From Chrysomallon squamiferum (lineage: Eukaryota; Animalia; Mollusca): a stretch of DNA of 64,000 bases. Shown in pieces: positions 47,246-61,002 of the stretch. The stretch is from positions 16,120,001 to 16,184,000 of the forward strand of contig CM022679.1 of the NCBI GenBank assembly GCA_012295275.1, given 5' to 3'. A program made the translations under genes and the position numbers. The notes beneath the pieces were generated by a model. That model had not been told where the DNA came from. It was given only the letters and a program-made list of their open reading frames with translations, and did not search any database. Within the stretch, counting starts at the first letter, position 1, and every line of letters begins with the position of its first letter.

Positions 47246-50200
47246 GCAATAAAGGTAATAATAATAATTGATAAATATGTATCTGTATTTTGAGACTGTA
47301 TTACCCAAAACCTGGTTGCAGTAGTGTTAGAGAGAGGAGACTTACATTCAGATGTGTCTTTGTATGGGTGGTAAGCTGCCTGGTTGACATGTATATCTGG
47401 GTCACACGCTTTCACCTGGTAAACACTGCTGTTTTCAGGAGAGTTCTCCAAAAATGTCACAACTACTGGATTGGGAACCTACAAGTAAAAAAATACAAAA
47501 ATGTCTTAAATAATTATACTCTTTAATATTATTGTGATAACCTAATTACTGTTTTTAATATTGTTATAATTAACTAGATTACGTTTTTTAATTATTGGTA
47601 TTTATTTGTTTTGATATTATTGTGTTTTACTTAATTATTTTGTTTATAGTTTTTAATATTATCATGTATTAATTATTGCAACTATTATTTTTAATACTGT
47701 CATGACTTAATTATTGCTATTTATTATTTTTGACCCTCATGACTCAGTTATTTTACTATTCTTAATATTATTATGACTTAATTATTCTCCTTATTGTTTT
47801 TGCTATTTTTATGATTTAATTATTCTACTGACTGTTTTTAATTTTGTCATGATTTACTTACAGTTAACGGACACGAGTCAAATCTAGGAACGTTGTCGTC
47901 TGTGTCATTGACGAGGACCACGAGGTTTCTGTAGCTGATGATAGAAGTGTTTGTACTGTCAGTAGCTGCCAGAATCAACTGAAAAAAATAACAATGGATA
48001 AATATGTATCTGTATTTCAAGACAATATACTTAATAAGAGTAACAATAATAATAAATACAACAGCTGCAACAACAACAACAACAACAATAATAATAATAA
48101 CAAAAAGTAATAATAGTTATTATTATTACTTATTACAATAATAAAAATAATAGCAATAATAATAAAATCATTTTTGAATTAGTTGTAGTAATCACAAAAA
48201 GAATGATTATTAATAATAATAAATACATTTTTTTTGTTTATGATCTTATTTCATACACTAATCTTATTTTATAAAATCTTAGTTTCTGTGCATCTTTACA
48301 AACCTGTTATCTTATCATTATACTTTATCATTAGCAAAGATTGATGTTCTAACAAAAAATGTAAAAAAATTACTGAACTATACACATTATATTTAGCTTA
48401 TTCACTCATGACACCAAAGGTACAATTCAAGTAAAGTTTAAACAACATCATCATCTTTTTACTTTAAACAATTCATTTTATTTTTTTCCATTTTTAAACC
48501 AAAAGGAGAAAGATATTTTTTATTTTATTTTTCCATTTATACCTCATATTTGTCTCTCTTCTCGCGATCAAATGTGACTGTTGAAGTGATCACTCCGGTA
48601 GTGCTGTTCATGCTGAAGTAAATGTGGTCTTTGTTGATGGTGGTCAGGAAGCTGTAGATCACTGTAGAATTGGTTGACTTAGCTTTTGCTATTGTTTTCA
48701 GAACCACCTGAGGTGGTGGGTCATTCTGCAAAAACAAAGACACCCACTTTTATTTTATAAGGTTTTCCATTAGTCCTGTGAGCTTCTCTGTCATCATTTT
48801 AAAATAAGAGTAACAGGTAAACAGTTATCTGTGCAATGAGGAAAAATGGTAAAAGGACTACAGCACTTAAGAAATAAAATTTCTTGAATAAAAATTTTAA
48901 TATTTGTATTTTGATAATTTATTCTTTGTGCCATACAAACATCGTGCCATGTTATGCCATACAAACATCATGCCATGTTATGCCATACAAACATCATGCC
49001 ATGTTGTGCCATACAAACATAATGCCATCATGCCATGTTATGCCATACAAACATCATGCTACGTTGTGCCATACAAACATCATGCCATGTTATGCCATAC
49101 AAACATCGTGCCATGTTGTGCCATACAAACATCGTGCCATCATGCCATGTTGTGCCATACAAACAATGCCATGTTAAGCCATACAAACAATGCCATGTTG
49201 TGCCATACAAACAATGCCATGTTATGCCATACAAACATCATGCCATGTTGTGCCATACAAACATCATGCCATGTTATGCCATACAAACATCATGCCATGT
49301 TGTGCCATACAAACAATGCCATGTTGTGCCATACAAACATCATGCCATGTTATGCCATACAAACATCATGCCATGTTGTGCCATACAAACAATGCCATGT
49401 TGTGCCATACAAACATCATGCCATGTTATGCCATACAAACATCATGCCATGTTATGCCATACAAACATCATGCCATGTTAAGCCATACAAACAATGCCAT
49501 GTTATGCCATACAAACATCATGCCATGTTATGCCATACAAACATCATGCCATGTTGTGCCATACAAACATCATGCCATGTTATGCCATACAAACATCATG
49601 CCATGTTATGCCATACAAACATCATGCCATGTTAAGCCATACAAACAATGCCATGTTATGCCATACAAACATCATGCCATGTTATGCCATACAAACATCA
49701 TGCAAACATCATGCCATGTTATGCCATACAAACATCATGCCATGTTAAGCCATACAAACAATGCCATGTTATGCCATACAAACATCATGCCATGTTATGC
49801 CATACAAACAATGCCATGTTATGCCATACAAACAATGCCATGTTGTGCCATACAAACATCATGCCATGTTATGCCATACAAACAATACCATGTTATGCCA
49901 TACAAACAATGCCATGTTAAGCCATACAAACAATGCCATGTTGTGCCATACAAACATCATGCCATGTTGTGCCATGTTGTATCATACAAACATCGTGCCA
50001 TGTTGTGCCATACAAACATTGTGCCATGTTGTGTCATACAAACATCGTGCCATGTTGTGCCATACAAACATCGTGCCATGTTGTGCCATACAAACTCGTG
50101 CCATGTTGTCATACAAACATCAGTGCCATCATGCCATGTTGTGTCATACAAACATCATGCCATGTTATGCCATACAAACATCGTGCCATGTTGTGCAATA

Positions 50201-50508
50201 CAAACATCGTGCATTGTCCAGCCAAAAATTACCTCACGAACATATGCCACCTGCCCTCTGCGAGGCACTGACCAGTCCGGAGTGCCGTCATCTAACTGAC
50301 CACTCTTGATGTGGAAGGTCACTTCAGTTATGCTGTGCTTAGGTGGGTAGCCTCTGTCCTCTGCCCTCACTTTGATGAAGCGAGTGTCAGATAAGCCAGT
50401 CAGACTCGTTTTGGTGAACACGACTCCAGAACTGGGCCTAATTCCAAAAAGTTCATTATCTGTAAAATTAAAAATCATAATAATGATGAATATTAGCAAT
50501 AACAATAC

Positions 50509-50540
<32 letters not shown>

Positions 50541-51367
50541 TAACAACAGTAAAAACAACAAAAATGATAATAATGATAATAATAAAAACAACAACAACAA
50601 CAATAATAAATTACAGTCATAAAGCCATTTCCGCAGATTTTAAAAGCAGACAACCTAGGTTCAGATTAAATTCTTAGCACAGGTAAAGATATGTTGCAGA
50701 TAACACAATGGAGATATAAGCTGCAGATAACACAATGGAGATATAAGCTGCAGACAACACAATGGAGATATAAGCTGCCGATGATACAGGTAACAGTATA
50801 AATTACACACAGCTTAGGTTAAGATATAAACACTGCAAAATGTGCAATTAAGTACTTAAATAAATTAATGAACAATTGAATTAAATAAAATAAAATAATA
50901 AAATCAATAAATTATTAAATCAGTATTTAAATATCTCTAAATATATATATAGAAAGAAATACTACCATCCATTGTATAAACAATTTGTGCATTGACTCCA
51001 GAATCATCATCGAGAGCGAGGATTTTGCCGACACTTGTACCAACTGGTGTTGTTTCAACCAAAGTTATCATGTACGGGTCTCCAGAGAACCTGGGAGCAT
51101 TGTCATTCACATCCAGTATGTTGATCTCAACCTGACAGGCAAGTGAATGCATTGATTTATTTATACATAAAACTAAAATACGTACATGCATATATGCATT
51201 CATATATTAATATATAGATACAAACATACATAGCTACACACACACATACATATATACATATATACACACATACACATATACAGACACAAACACACACACA
51301 CATATATGTATATATACAATCATATATACATACCTATATGCATATATATATATACATACATAGATAA

Positions 51368-51412
<45 letters not shown>

Positions 51413-54400
51413 AAACACATATTTTATAAACATATGCAAAACGATATTTTCTAACATTGACATGTATAGGTAACACATGATAAACAAGCACACATCACAT
51501 ACACATTTCAATACATATGCACAAACATACATAAACAAACACACATACATGTGTGAAGGTATCTTCAACAATTGGTAAATCTACCCCTTCCCATACACAC
51601 AAATATTTGCTGATGCATACAGATGCACATACACACAAATACACAGATACACATATACTGACACAAATAAATATACACATACACAAACACAAACAAATAT
51701 ACCATACAGATGTACATAAAAGAGAAGTAATTTCAAAGACTTACTGGAACTGGTGTAACATGATAAACATAAAAGAGAAGTAATTTCACAGACTCACTGG
51801 AACTGTTGTAACATGATAAACACATATAGCACACAGACTCACTGGAACTGTTGTAACATGATAAACATAAAAGAAAAGATAATTTCACAGACTCACTGGA
51901 ACTGTTGTAACATGATAAACACATATAGCACACAGACTCACTGGAACTGTTGTAACATGATAAACAAACACATATACCACACAGACTTACTGGAACTGTT
52001 GTAACATGATAAACTGCAGACTGCGGGTTGTCTCCTGGGTTGTCTCGAGCAGACACTAACAGATTATATCTCCTTTTCTTCTCAAAGTCCAGCTTGGCCG
52101 TCCTGCTCACTATCAGCAGACCCTGCACGAAGAACAGACAACACAGATATTTCAACTAACCACTGTTTCACACAGACATTTACTTTGAATTTTTCAATAA
52201 TTAAATATTTTGAGGCAACAAGTTAGTGATTTTGATTGTTTTGGATTGGATGATATTACTGTTTTTATTATTACTTTTATAAACATTTGTAATAGTAGTT
52301 TTCATTTTTTTACATTATACATATACGTTAACAATAAAATGTTTTGGCAAATTGACAAACAACTTTCATTTATTTCTTCATTTGTTCTTTCATTTGTTCA
52401 TTTGTTCATTTGTTCTTTCATTTTGTCAGTTGCAGATGAATTTATACATATATATGAATTTATACATTTACATATGTTACAAGTGAATAAATGAACAAAT
52501 GAATGAACAAATGAATGAACAAATGAAGAAATAAATGAAAGTTGTTTGTCAATTTGCCAAAATATTTTATTGTTAACGATTTAAAATATGGTTTATATAG
52601 CATAATGATTTAAAACATTTTTTGATTATGATTATTATTATTTATTTGTTTGTTTGTGTATTTGCGTGTTGTGTTTGGTAAAGTACCTTTTGATTGAAGA
52701 TCTTGAAGTCTTCGTGTCCACTTCCTGACAGGATGTATTCAACTCGGCCAAAGTTTCCGCTGTCTCGATCTTTAGCCGTTATGTACCCCACCACAGCCGG
52801 GTAGGCCTGGGACTCCGGCAGTTTGAATGAATACCTGGGCTGTGAACAAGAAAATTAAACTAACTTTATGGGAGGGGTTTTTCTGTAAAGATTTTCATAA
52901 AGTGAAATTAGTGGATCGTATCCTCCAAACAGATAGAGTTTATATAAACCAGAACACACAAATTATATCTGAAGTGCAAGCGACGTGTAAAATTCTCTAG
53001 CAAACTAACATAAATATCTTTAATTTGAAAATGAAAACTTTTGTAAATGAACGTTGAGAATTACAAATGAGAATTAATAAAATATTACTGATTGGAACAG
53101 TGGTGGGTTGTCATTGATGTCGCTGATTTCAACGCGTATTGTTGTCAGTGCTTTTCGGCCGTCGGTACTTCTTGCCACTACTTGAACAGTAAAAACACGA
53201 ATGTCTGACTCGTAGTCCAACTCTTTGCCTTTCTTAATAGTCACAGTACCTAGAATAAATATCACTTTTTCATTTGAAACAACTAACTAAAAACAATTAA
53301 AAACATAACTACTTTTGTAATTTTATTTTCCTTTTTAAAATGAGTCAGTGAAAAAATGGAATATTATTGTTTAAGTAAATTCAAATATAAGCTTTTATAA
53401 TGGTCACATTACCTGAAATTAATATCAGTTATTTATATTTTATATATTTTTTATTTGAAACAGAAATTTTTAGAACATAAATACGACTTAAGTTTTTATT
53501 TTTTTTTTCTTGTTTTTTTTTTGTATATGGAAGAATTAATGAAAATTTTAAAATGAGTATTTAAATAAATTTGTAAGTATAGATTGGTACCATTTTTCAA
53601 AAAGATTGATTGGTCTTACAGTTGATAGTTTTATGAATATTTTTACTTTCCTTTTATTTTATTTTGTCATGAATGTTTCTCTATTTTGTTACTGATTATA
53701 CAAATAAATTTCTTTTCATATAAGATATTTTATCAATACTTTATCATAAACATCTTCTCTTAAAGGGAAAAAAAAAATGGATGAAATCTTTCCCAAAGCC
53801 CAAACAAACCTGTTGTCTGGTCAACATTGAAGATACCAGGTGGGTGTTCTGTGTTCGGTACAATCCTGTAATCTCTCAGTGTGCATGCACAGACTGGGTC
53901 CCGGGCTATCAGAGTTGTGATTGGTTCATTTCGGATGTCTTCAGGAACTATGAACTGGTGGATTGGCCTCAGTTTGGTCCACGGGGGATCAAACACGATG
54001 GTGGAGACATTACTCGCCAGAATTATGATATTCACTGATGCTGTGATTAGAGAATATTTCATATTGTTATATAAATGTAATAACTAAAATATAAATACAT
54101 ATGTATACACACATATACACATTTAGATACAAACACATTTGTGTGTTCAGTCTTATACAAACATCATAATAACATACTAGATACAATTTTCCGAGATAAA
54201 AAATATTATTTGTGATTATCTTTCCATGTCTGTTTTGTCATTTGTTGTTGACTTTTGTTAACCAGGTCTTTTTTGGGGGGGTTGGGGAATGTATGTTGTT
54301 GCAAAGGTTTTTTGGGGGGGTTGGTATATTGAGAAGTAAAGAAAACAAATAGTAAGTTTATTAACTGAATCTTGAATGGCAAACAATATCATAAACAGTT

Positions 54401-57093
54401 AGTGCAAGATTATTATTTTGTTCCTTCATTATATTTCTTCTGACTTACCATTAATTCAAACGAAACAATTTACAAGGGTTACTATGATAATAACTTACTT
54501 GTTGCTGTTTGTATTTTGCCTGCTGCTTTTAAATCCTGCACCTGAACAGAAAACTGAATCTCTGCTGCCAAATCCCTGCTTAGGTTCATTGCTGTAGTGA
54601 TCACTCCCGACTTGCCATTGATTACAAATGCTTTCTGGGTAATAAATAAATCAACAAAGGATTAAATACTTAAAGTACCGTACTCAATCTCAAAACATAT
54701 TTGGAATAGCAGAGAAAATGTCATCTTAAAGGCTTGCTACTTTATTGTCAAGGATCTTCAAAATTTGTTGTTTTTATTTTATACTTTGTTCATTTTAGTA
54801 AAGATTGATTGCCAGTAATATGCCAAGATCTTTTTCACAAAAAATGAAAAAAATAATAATAGTAATAACTTGAATATGTGTAAAATTTATTGAAAACTGT
54901 GTGAGCACATCATGGCTGATACACTTTGGTAAACACACATTTAAAAAAATACAAGTATTTTACTTGTAGAAACAATATTTAATATTTATTATATTCTCTA
55001 AAATAAATAAATATTTTAGAAACACTTCTTTGTTTTTTATTTACTCTAAAATAAAAACATACAGTAAAGAAATAATTTTAATATTTTATTATTTACTGTA
55101 AAATAAATACTCGTTTAGTATTATTATTAATTTTTTTATTAACTCTAAAATAAACATAACAATTTACGAAATTATTTTTTAAAATATTTATTAGTTCTAC
55201 CATATAGAAATTATTTTTATTCACTTAAAATAAATGCAGACATTCACTGACCCTGTAGTCAAACAGGCTGACAGAATGTATAAAGCTGCCTCCTTTGTTT
55301 CGAGCCTGCACAGTGTTTGTCAAGATGGAGTATTCGAGTTGATGACCGCTATCAGCATCTGTAGCCTCGACAAACAGCACAGTGGTTCCAATAGGCTTAG
55401 CTGTGCAACAACAACAAATGTAATTTATATGACAGTTAGTTTAGAATTTTCAAAGATAATAGTTGTGAATATTAAAAAATAAATAAATAAATAAAATATT
55501 GTTATCTATATTATATCAACAATCAGCACAGAAGAATATAAATGTGGTGTAAAATATTGGGTTGGGACAAAAACATTGTAAAATGTTCATATGTGACTGA
55601 TTATATATGACAAATATAAAAGTGAACAAAATGGTGTATATATATGGTTGAATAAATCTGTGAATAAATATCTAAATATTATATTCTTTGGATTTCACTC
55701 AAAAAATGTTTTTGTACCAAATCAATACATAAAAATGTAGATGCAATAATATGTCATCTACAATTATGAACACATCCATCAGACTATTTCCAGTTCTAGA
55801 CTGTACTCCTCAATATGGTATTAAGTTGGTGCATAAGCTTTCTTGCATAATGTAAGGAACATATATATAATTGATAATAAAAAAAAAACTGACATACTTT
55901 CTTCAATATTTCTCAGGTAGTTAAGGGTTTTGAATACTGGGTCTTTGTTGTTTGCATCTGACAGGTGAACCACCACCGTGCTTGTTGCTGTTCTTGGTTG
56001 TGTACCTTGATCAGTGGCATACACCTGAACATACAGCAATATCAAAACATTACAGAACTGCACAAATAAAACACAGAGCTTAATGTGCAAGGTATGTACT
56101 GTATGGTACAAGGTTCAGCAATATACAAATATTGAAAAACTCTGAAACATTGCAAATATATCGTGTGTTATAAGAGATCATTTTTTTATGTGTCTGGGTG
56201 TGTAAATGTCTGTATGTGTGAATATGGGAATGTTTGCATGTGAATGTATGTGCAGTATTGTAATAACAGCAGTTGATTAAATATGAATTTAAACAAATAC
56301 ATTAAAATAATGAAATGGTAATAGGGCCATCAATCTACAAATTTTATTAAAATTATATTCTACATTTGAATATATATTTGCATATACAGACATATGTGTG
56401 TCTGTGTTTGTTTAATTATGTCTGTGAGCATGTGGATGAGTGAGTCAGCAAATGAATGAGTAAAATGAGTAGTAAATGAGTGTGCATGTAAATAAGTGAT
56501 TCAGTGAGTGAGTCAGAATGTAGAGAGTCTAGGTAACAAACTCACAGTGATCTGGTATTCCCTGACAACATCATAGTCAAAATTGACTTTCTTGCTGACA
56601 GTCATCAGTCCAGTTATTATGTTCAAGTCAAAGTTCTCATCTCCTCCTGAGGCAATTCGATAGAGAATCTTTCCATTGTCCCCAGTATCAGCATCAGTGG
56701 CCGCAATCTGCACCACCGAAGTATCTGTAACACAACCAAATAGTGAGAGATTCCATCATTCATCTCTCTTTTTTCTGTCTACCAGTGCCTGTGTGTGGCT
56801 GGTTTAGGTGTTTATATTAATGCATATGTCTGTATAAATGTATTTAAGTATGTATGTATGTGTGTGTATAATGTATGTTTTATATGTACCTAGGTATGTA
56901 TCTATGTCTCTATGTATGTATATATGCATGTATGTACATATGTATGTGTGTGCATGTACGAATAAGTATATGTGTAAGTGTATGTGTATATCTATGTATT
57001 GTGATGTATATATCTATGTCTATATGTATATATCGATGTATATATGTATATATCTATGTATGTATGTATGCATCATACAAACACATACATATT

Positions 57094-57128
<35 letters not shown>

Positions 57129-59432
57129 TTGTATGAATGTAAGAAATGTATGTTTAAAGATTATTTTATTTTAGAAAATTAAACTTTGGACAATAGTTAG
57201 GACCAGATTTAGCTGTAAGCTGAGCAAAGCTTCTTACTGTGATCTCACTCACACAATATTACTTATTAGAGTTTCTACAGTTTAGATTCTGTATCAGCCC
57301 TGATAGTAAATACTTATTTGAAAGCATCTTACCTGGTGGGGTAACCTCACTTATTGTGTTTTCATATTTTGGCTTGGAAAACTTTGGCGAATGATTGTTT
57401 TCATTCTACAAGTTGAAAATAAATTATAAACATAAAACAATTTTTTATTTTTTATTTACTAAAAATGTTATCATTACGTAATTTCTAAATGAATAAACAG
57501 TAACCCAGTAAACTAAGTAATTTTTATTGTCATTATAAAATTTAAAAACACATTTTTTTGTTGACTATCATATTTAATTATCATAATTAATTTTTGAAAA
57601 ATAAATGAATCTTAACAAAATAAATCTCTTTTTTTTTTCTGTGTGTGTATTTATCTCTAATACATGTTAATTTCTAATCTTCTATTTGAGTGTTTTGTTA
57701 TGTGTTATATATTATAATACCTTATGATATAATAATGGATGTATTGCTTACCCTGACAGTTATTATAATTGTAGCAGTTGATGTGATGGGAGGGCTGTCA
57801 TTGTCATTGGCCTCAATAATCAAGTTGAAACTAGCAAAGGAATTGTAAAAATGTAAACAAAACAATAGATTTAACATCCTCCATTTCTTAAATAATGAGA
57901 GTAAAAAATATTTTATGTTTCTATATTCAGGATGTTGTGAAAACTAATTCGGTTTGAACTTACAAATAAATGTTCCTTTTTACTACAAATAAAAAAACAG
58001 TTTATAGTTTGAAGTTACAAACAAACAATTTATTATTAATGTATATAAATGACTCCACCTGAAGGTTAAATATTTAATCCAGAAAAATTTTAAGTTACAA
58101 ATAAATGATCAATTTATTTAAAATTATCTGAAGCTACAATTAATGATCCATTTATTCACAATATCTGAACATACAAATATTTTATCTGGTCAAAAATGTT
58201 TGAACCTACAAATAATAATCCATTTGTTCTGAAAAAAAAAAGGTTTGATTTTACATTTTCATAAATTTTATAAATAATCTCTTTTCTCTTTGTATCCTTC
58301 CTAAAAGTTATAAAACAGATGATTTTTGTAGTGAATTGTTTATCTTAGTGTTCGTGAAACCATCTTACTATCCCTGTTTGTTGACAGTTTGATCATAGTC
58401 CAGTTTGCGCTGTAGAGTCAGAATTCCTGAGTTCTGATCAAGTGAAAATGCATTGTCAGGGCTGTTCCCACTTCTTATTCTGTACGTCACAGTGCCTCCT
58501 TCAGGGTCTGAAGCCTGTAACAACAACAACAACAATAATAACAAAAACAAAAAAGTACTAGTCAGTACTGTTAGTTATGTGAAACGGTTGAGTAGGTTTC
58601 AGTCTAAATTTCTTAATATATATAGATTTTTTTTTTTTTTTTTTAAAAGAAGAAATGTTTTTATTTTCTTTCTACACTACAAACTATGCTTGCTCTCCAT
58701 TTCAAATATAATTGCTGTTTTCAAGTACGTTTTTGTAAATCCAATCCTATGCTTTATTCAAATGATTGTGAAAACTTTTTTTTAAATACAGATTTTTGGC
58801 ACATCTCTATCATGAAGATGTTCATAGATAATCTGTACTTATTAAAAGAAATGGACATAAAAAAAATATATAGTTATAGCTAGCTAATTATGTGATACCT
58901 TAATTTTATTTTTATTCTTTATTTTTAGCAAATAATGGTTTTAATAAAAAATATATATATATAATAATAAATTACAGTAAAACGTACATCTTAGAACAAT
59001 ACATACTCTACTAGCATGTATGAGTAAATGTACATTCTAATTATTACACTTTAATCTTTTAAATTTGAATCAAAAATCTGTAAAAAAAAAAGTATGTGTG
59101 TTTTACTAAAATGTATCGAACCTTCACTTGGATTGTAGGCCGAAGTTCTAGACTAGTCTCAAAGGCAAACGTTCTGTAGATTTCCTTGTCAAACTGTGGA
59201 CCAACATCGTTGACGTTGACAACATTCAAGACGAAGGGTACTTCTGTGATTCTTGGAGGCGACCCCATGTCTGTTGCTAGGTACTGTATAGGATGCTCAG
59301 TCTGCTTTTCATAGTCCAGTGCTGACTTCAGTGTAATCACACCAGTGGTTGAATTTACCCCAAAACTGCAACATAACAGATATATATGCCTGAACAGTAG
59401 TAGATAGTTAAAACAAAGACAGACAGACAAAC

Positions 59433-59476
<44 letters not shown>

Positions 59477-60620
59477 GTAGATATACAGACACTAATAACA
59501 GTAGTAGTAACCATAGTAATAGTAGTAGTAACTGCAGCAGCAGCAGTAGTGGTAGTAGTAGTAGTATGTGGTACAAATGTAATATTTAGGTTACAGTTCT
59601 AGCTATTTCATGACAGAAATGTAATACTCACATAAATTTTTCAGTTCCTCTCATAGAATATCTAATCTGTCCATTAACACCACTGTCAGCATCTGTAGCC
59701 TAGCAATAAAATGTAAAAAACAGTTTTAAAGTTATTAAGTGTAACACTTTGGACATAACTTTGTACATAATAATGTGGTCAGCAATTATGAGTTATAGAA
59801 ACATTTACATACTTTGTTATATATACTCCATTTTGATACCAGTCTCCATAGCTTGTGACATTGAAAGGATATGGTTATCTAGTGTTGGTAATCGCAGAAA
59901 ATGTTCAGCAAATTAGACTAACTTCTTCAATCTGGAGTTAAGCAGTTTTTTTAACTATTTGTATCTAATGTATTTATTTATTTATTTATTTATTTAGTTT
60001 TATTCTACTTATTAATCTACTTAAGTATTTATTTTATTTTTGTTATTATTATTAATATATCCATCATCACTGATGTTAAAATTGTTGCTGTTGTTGTTAT
60101 GGTTTACTTATTTATTTCATTATTAGTGTTAGTTGAAGCCTTACTTTTATCATCACATCATCATCATCATCATAATCATTATTCTTGTTGCTTTTATTAT
60201 TATCATTATTATTATTGTTGTTGTTATATTATTATCAGTCTTACAGTTATTGTCATGATGGTTGTTATATTATTATCAGTCTTACAGTTATTGTCATGAT
60301 GGTTGTTACATTATTATCAGTCTTACAGTTATTGTCATGATGGTTGTTCCAACTGTTGTGTTTTCTAGCATAGCGTAGCTGTAGGCTGGGTGGGAAAACA
60401 CTGGGGAGTTGTCGTTCAAGTCAATCAGGTTGACAGTCACTGTTGTTGTGCCTGTCCGTGGAGCAACACCCCCTGGAGCCTGCGATTCCCTTGCAATCAA
60501 CTGAAAATATGTTAAAAATTATATATATGTAAATAATGTGTTAAAAACAGAAATATATATATATTTCTGTTTTTAACACATTATTTACATATATATAATT
60601 ATATATACATACACACATAT

Positions 60621-60651
<31 letters not shown>

Positions 60652-60652
60652 C

Positions 60653-60704
<52 letters not shown>

Positions 60705-60845
60705 TTTATATATATATATATATATATAGATATATATATATATATGTGAATGAATATATATATATATATGATGAGAGATATATATATATATATACACACA
60801 CATGTATGTATGTATGTATTATGTATGTATATGTGTCATTATCTA

Positions 60846-60880
<35 letters not shown>

Positions 60881-60949
60881 CACACACACACAAATTCAAA
60901 TATATGATATATACACAAAATATATATATAAATATTGTGTTAAAAACAG

Positions 60950-61002
<53 letters not shown>

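Noticed and set aside
46594-47345. Poly-Ile, poly-Asn, poly-Leu and poly-Tyr ORFs, including the tail of the 288-aa ORF
   Set aside because: These come from the intronic AAT tract; only 47346-47478 is exon, ending at a GTAAGT donor.
48884-50309. Multiple long Cys/His-rich plus-strand ORFs (up to 369 aa) resembling metal-binding proteins
   Set aside because: All frames are open because the 24/26-bp satellite has few stop codons; it lies antisense inside an intron and shifts frame between units.
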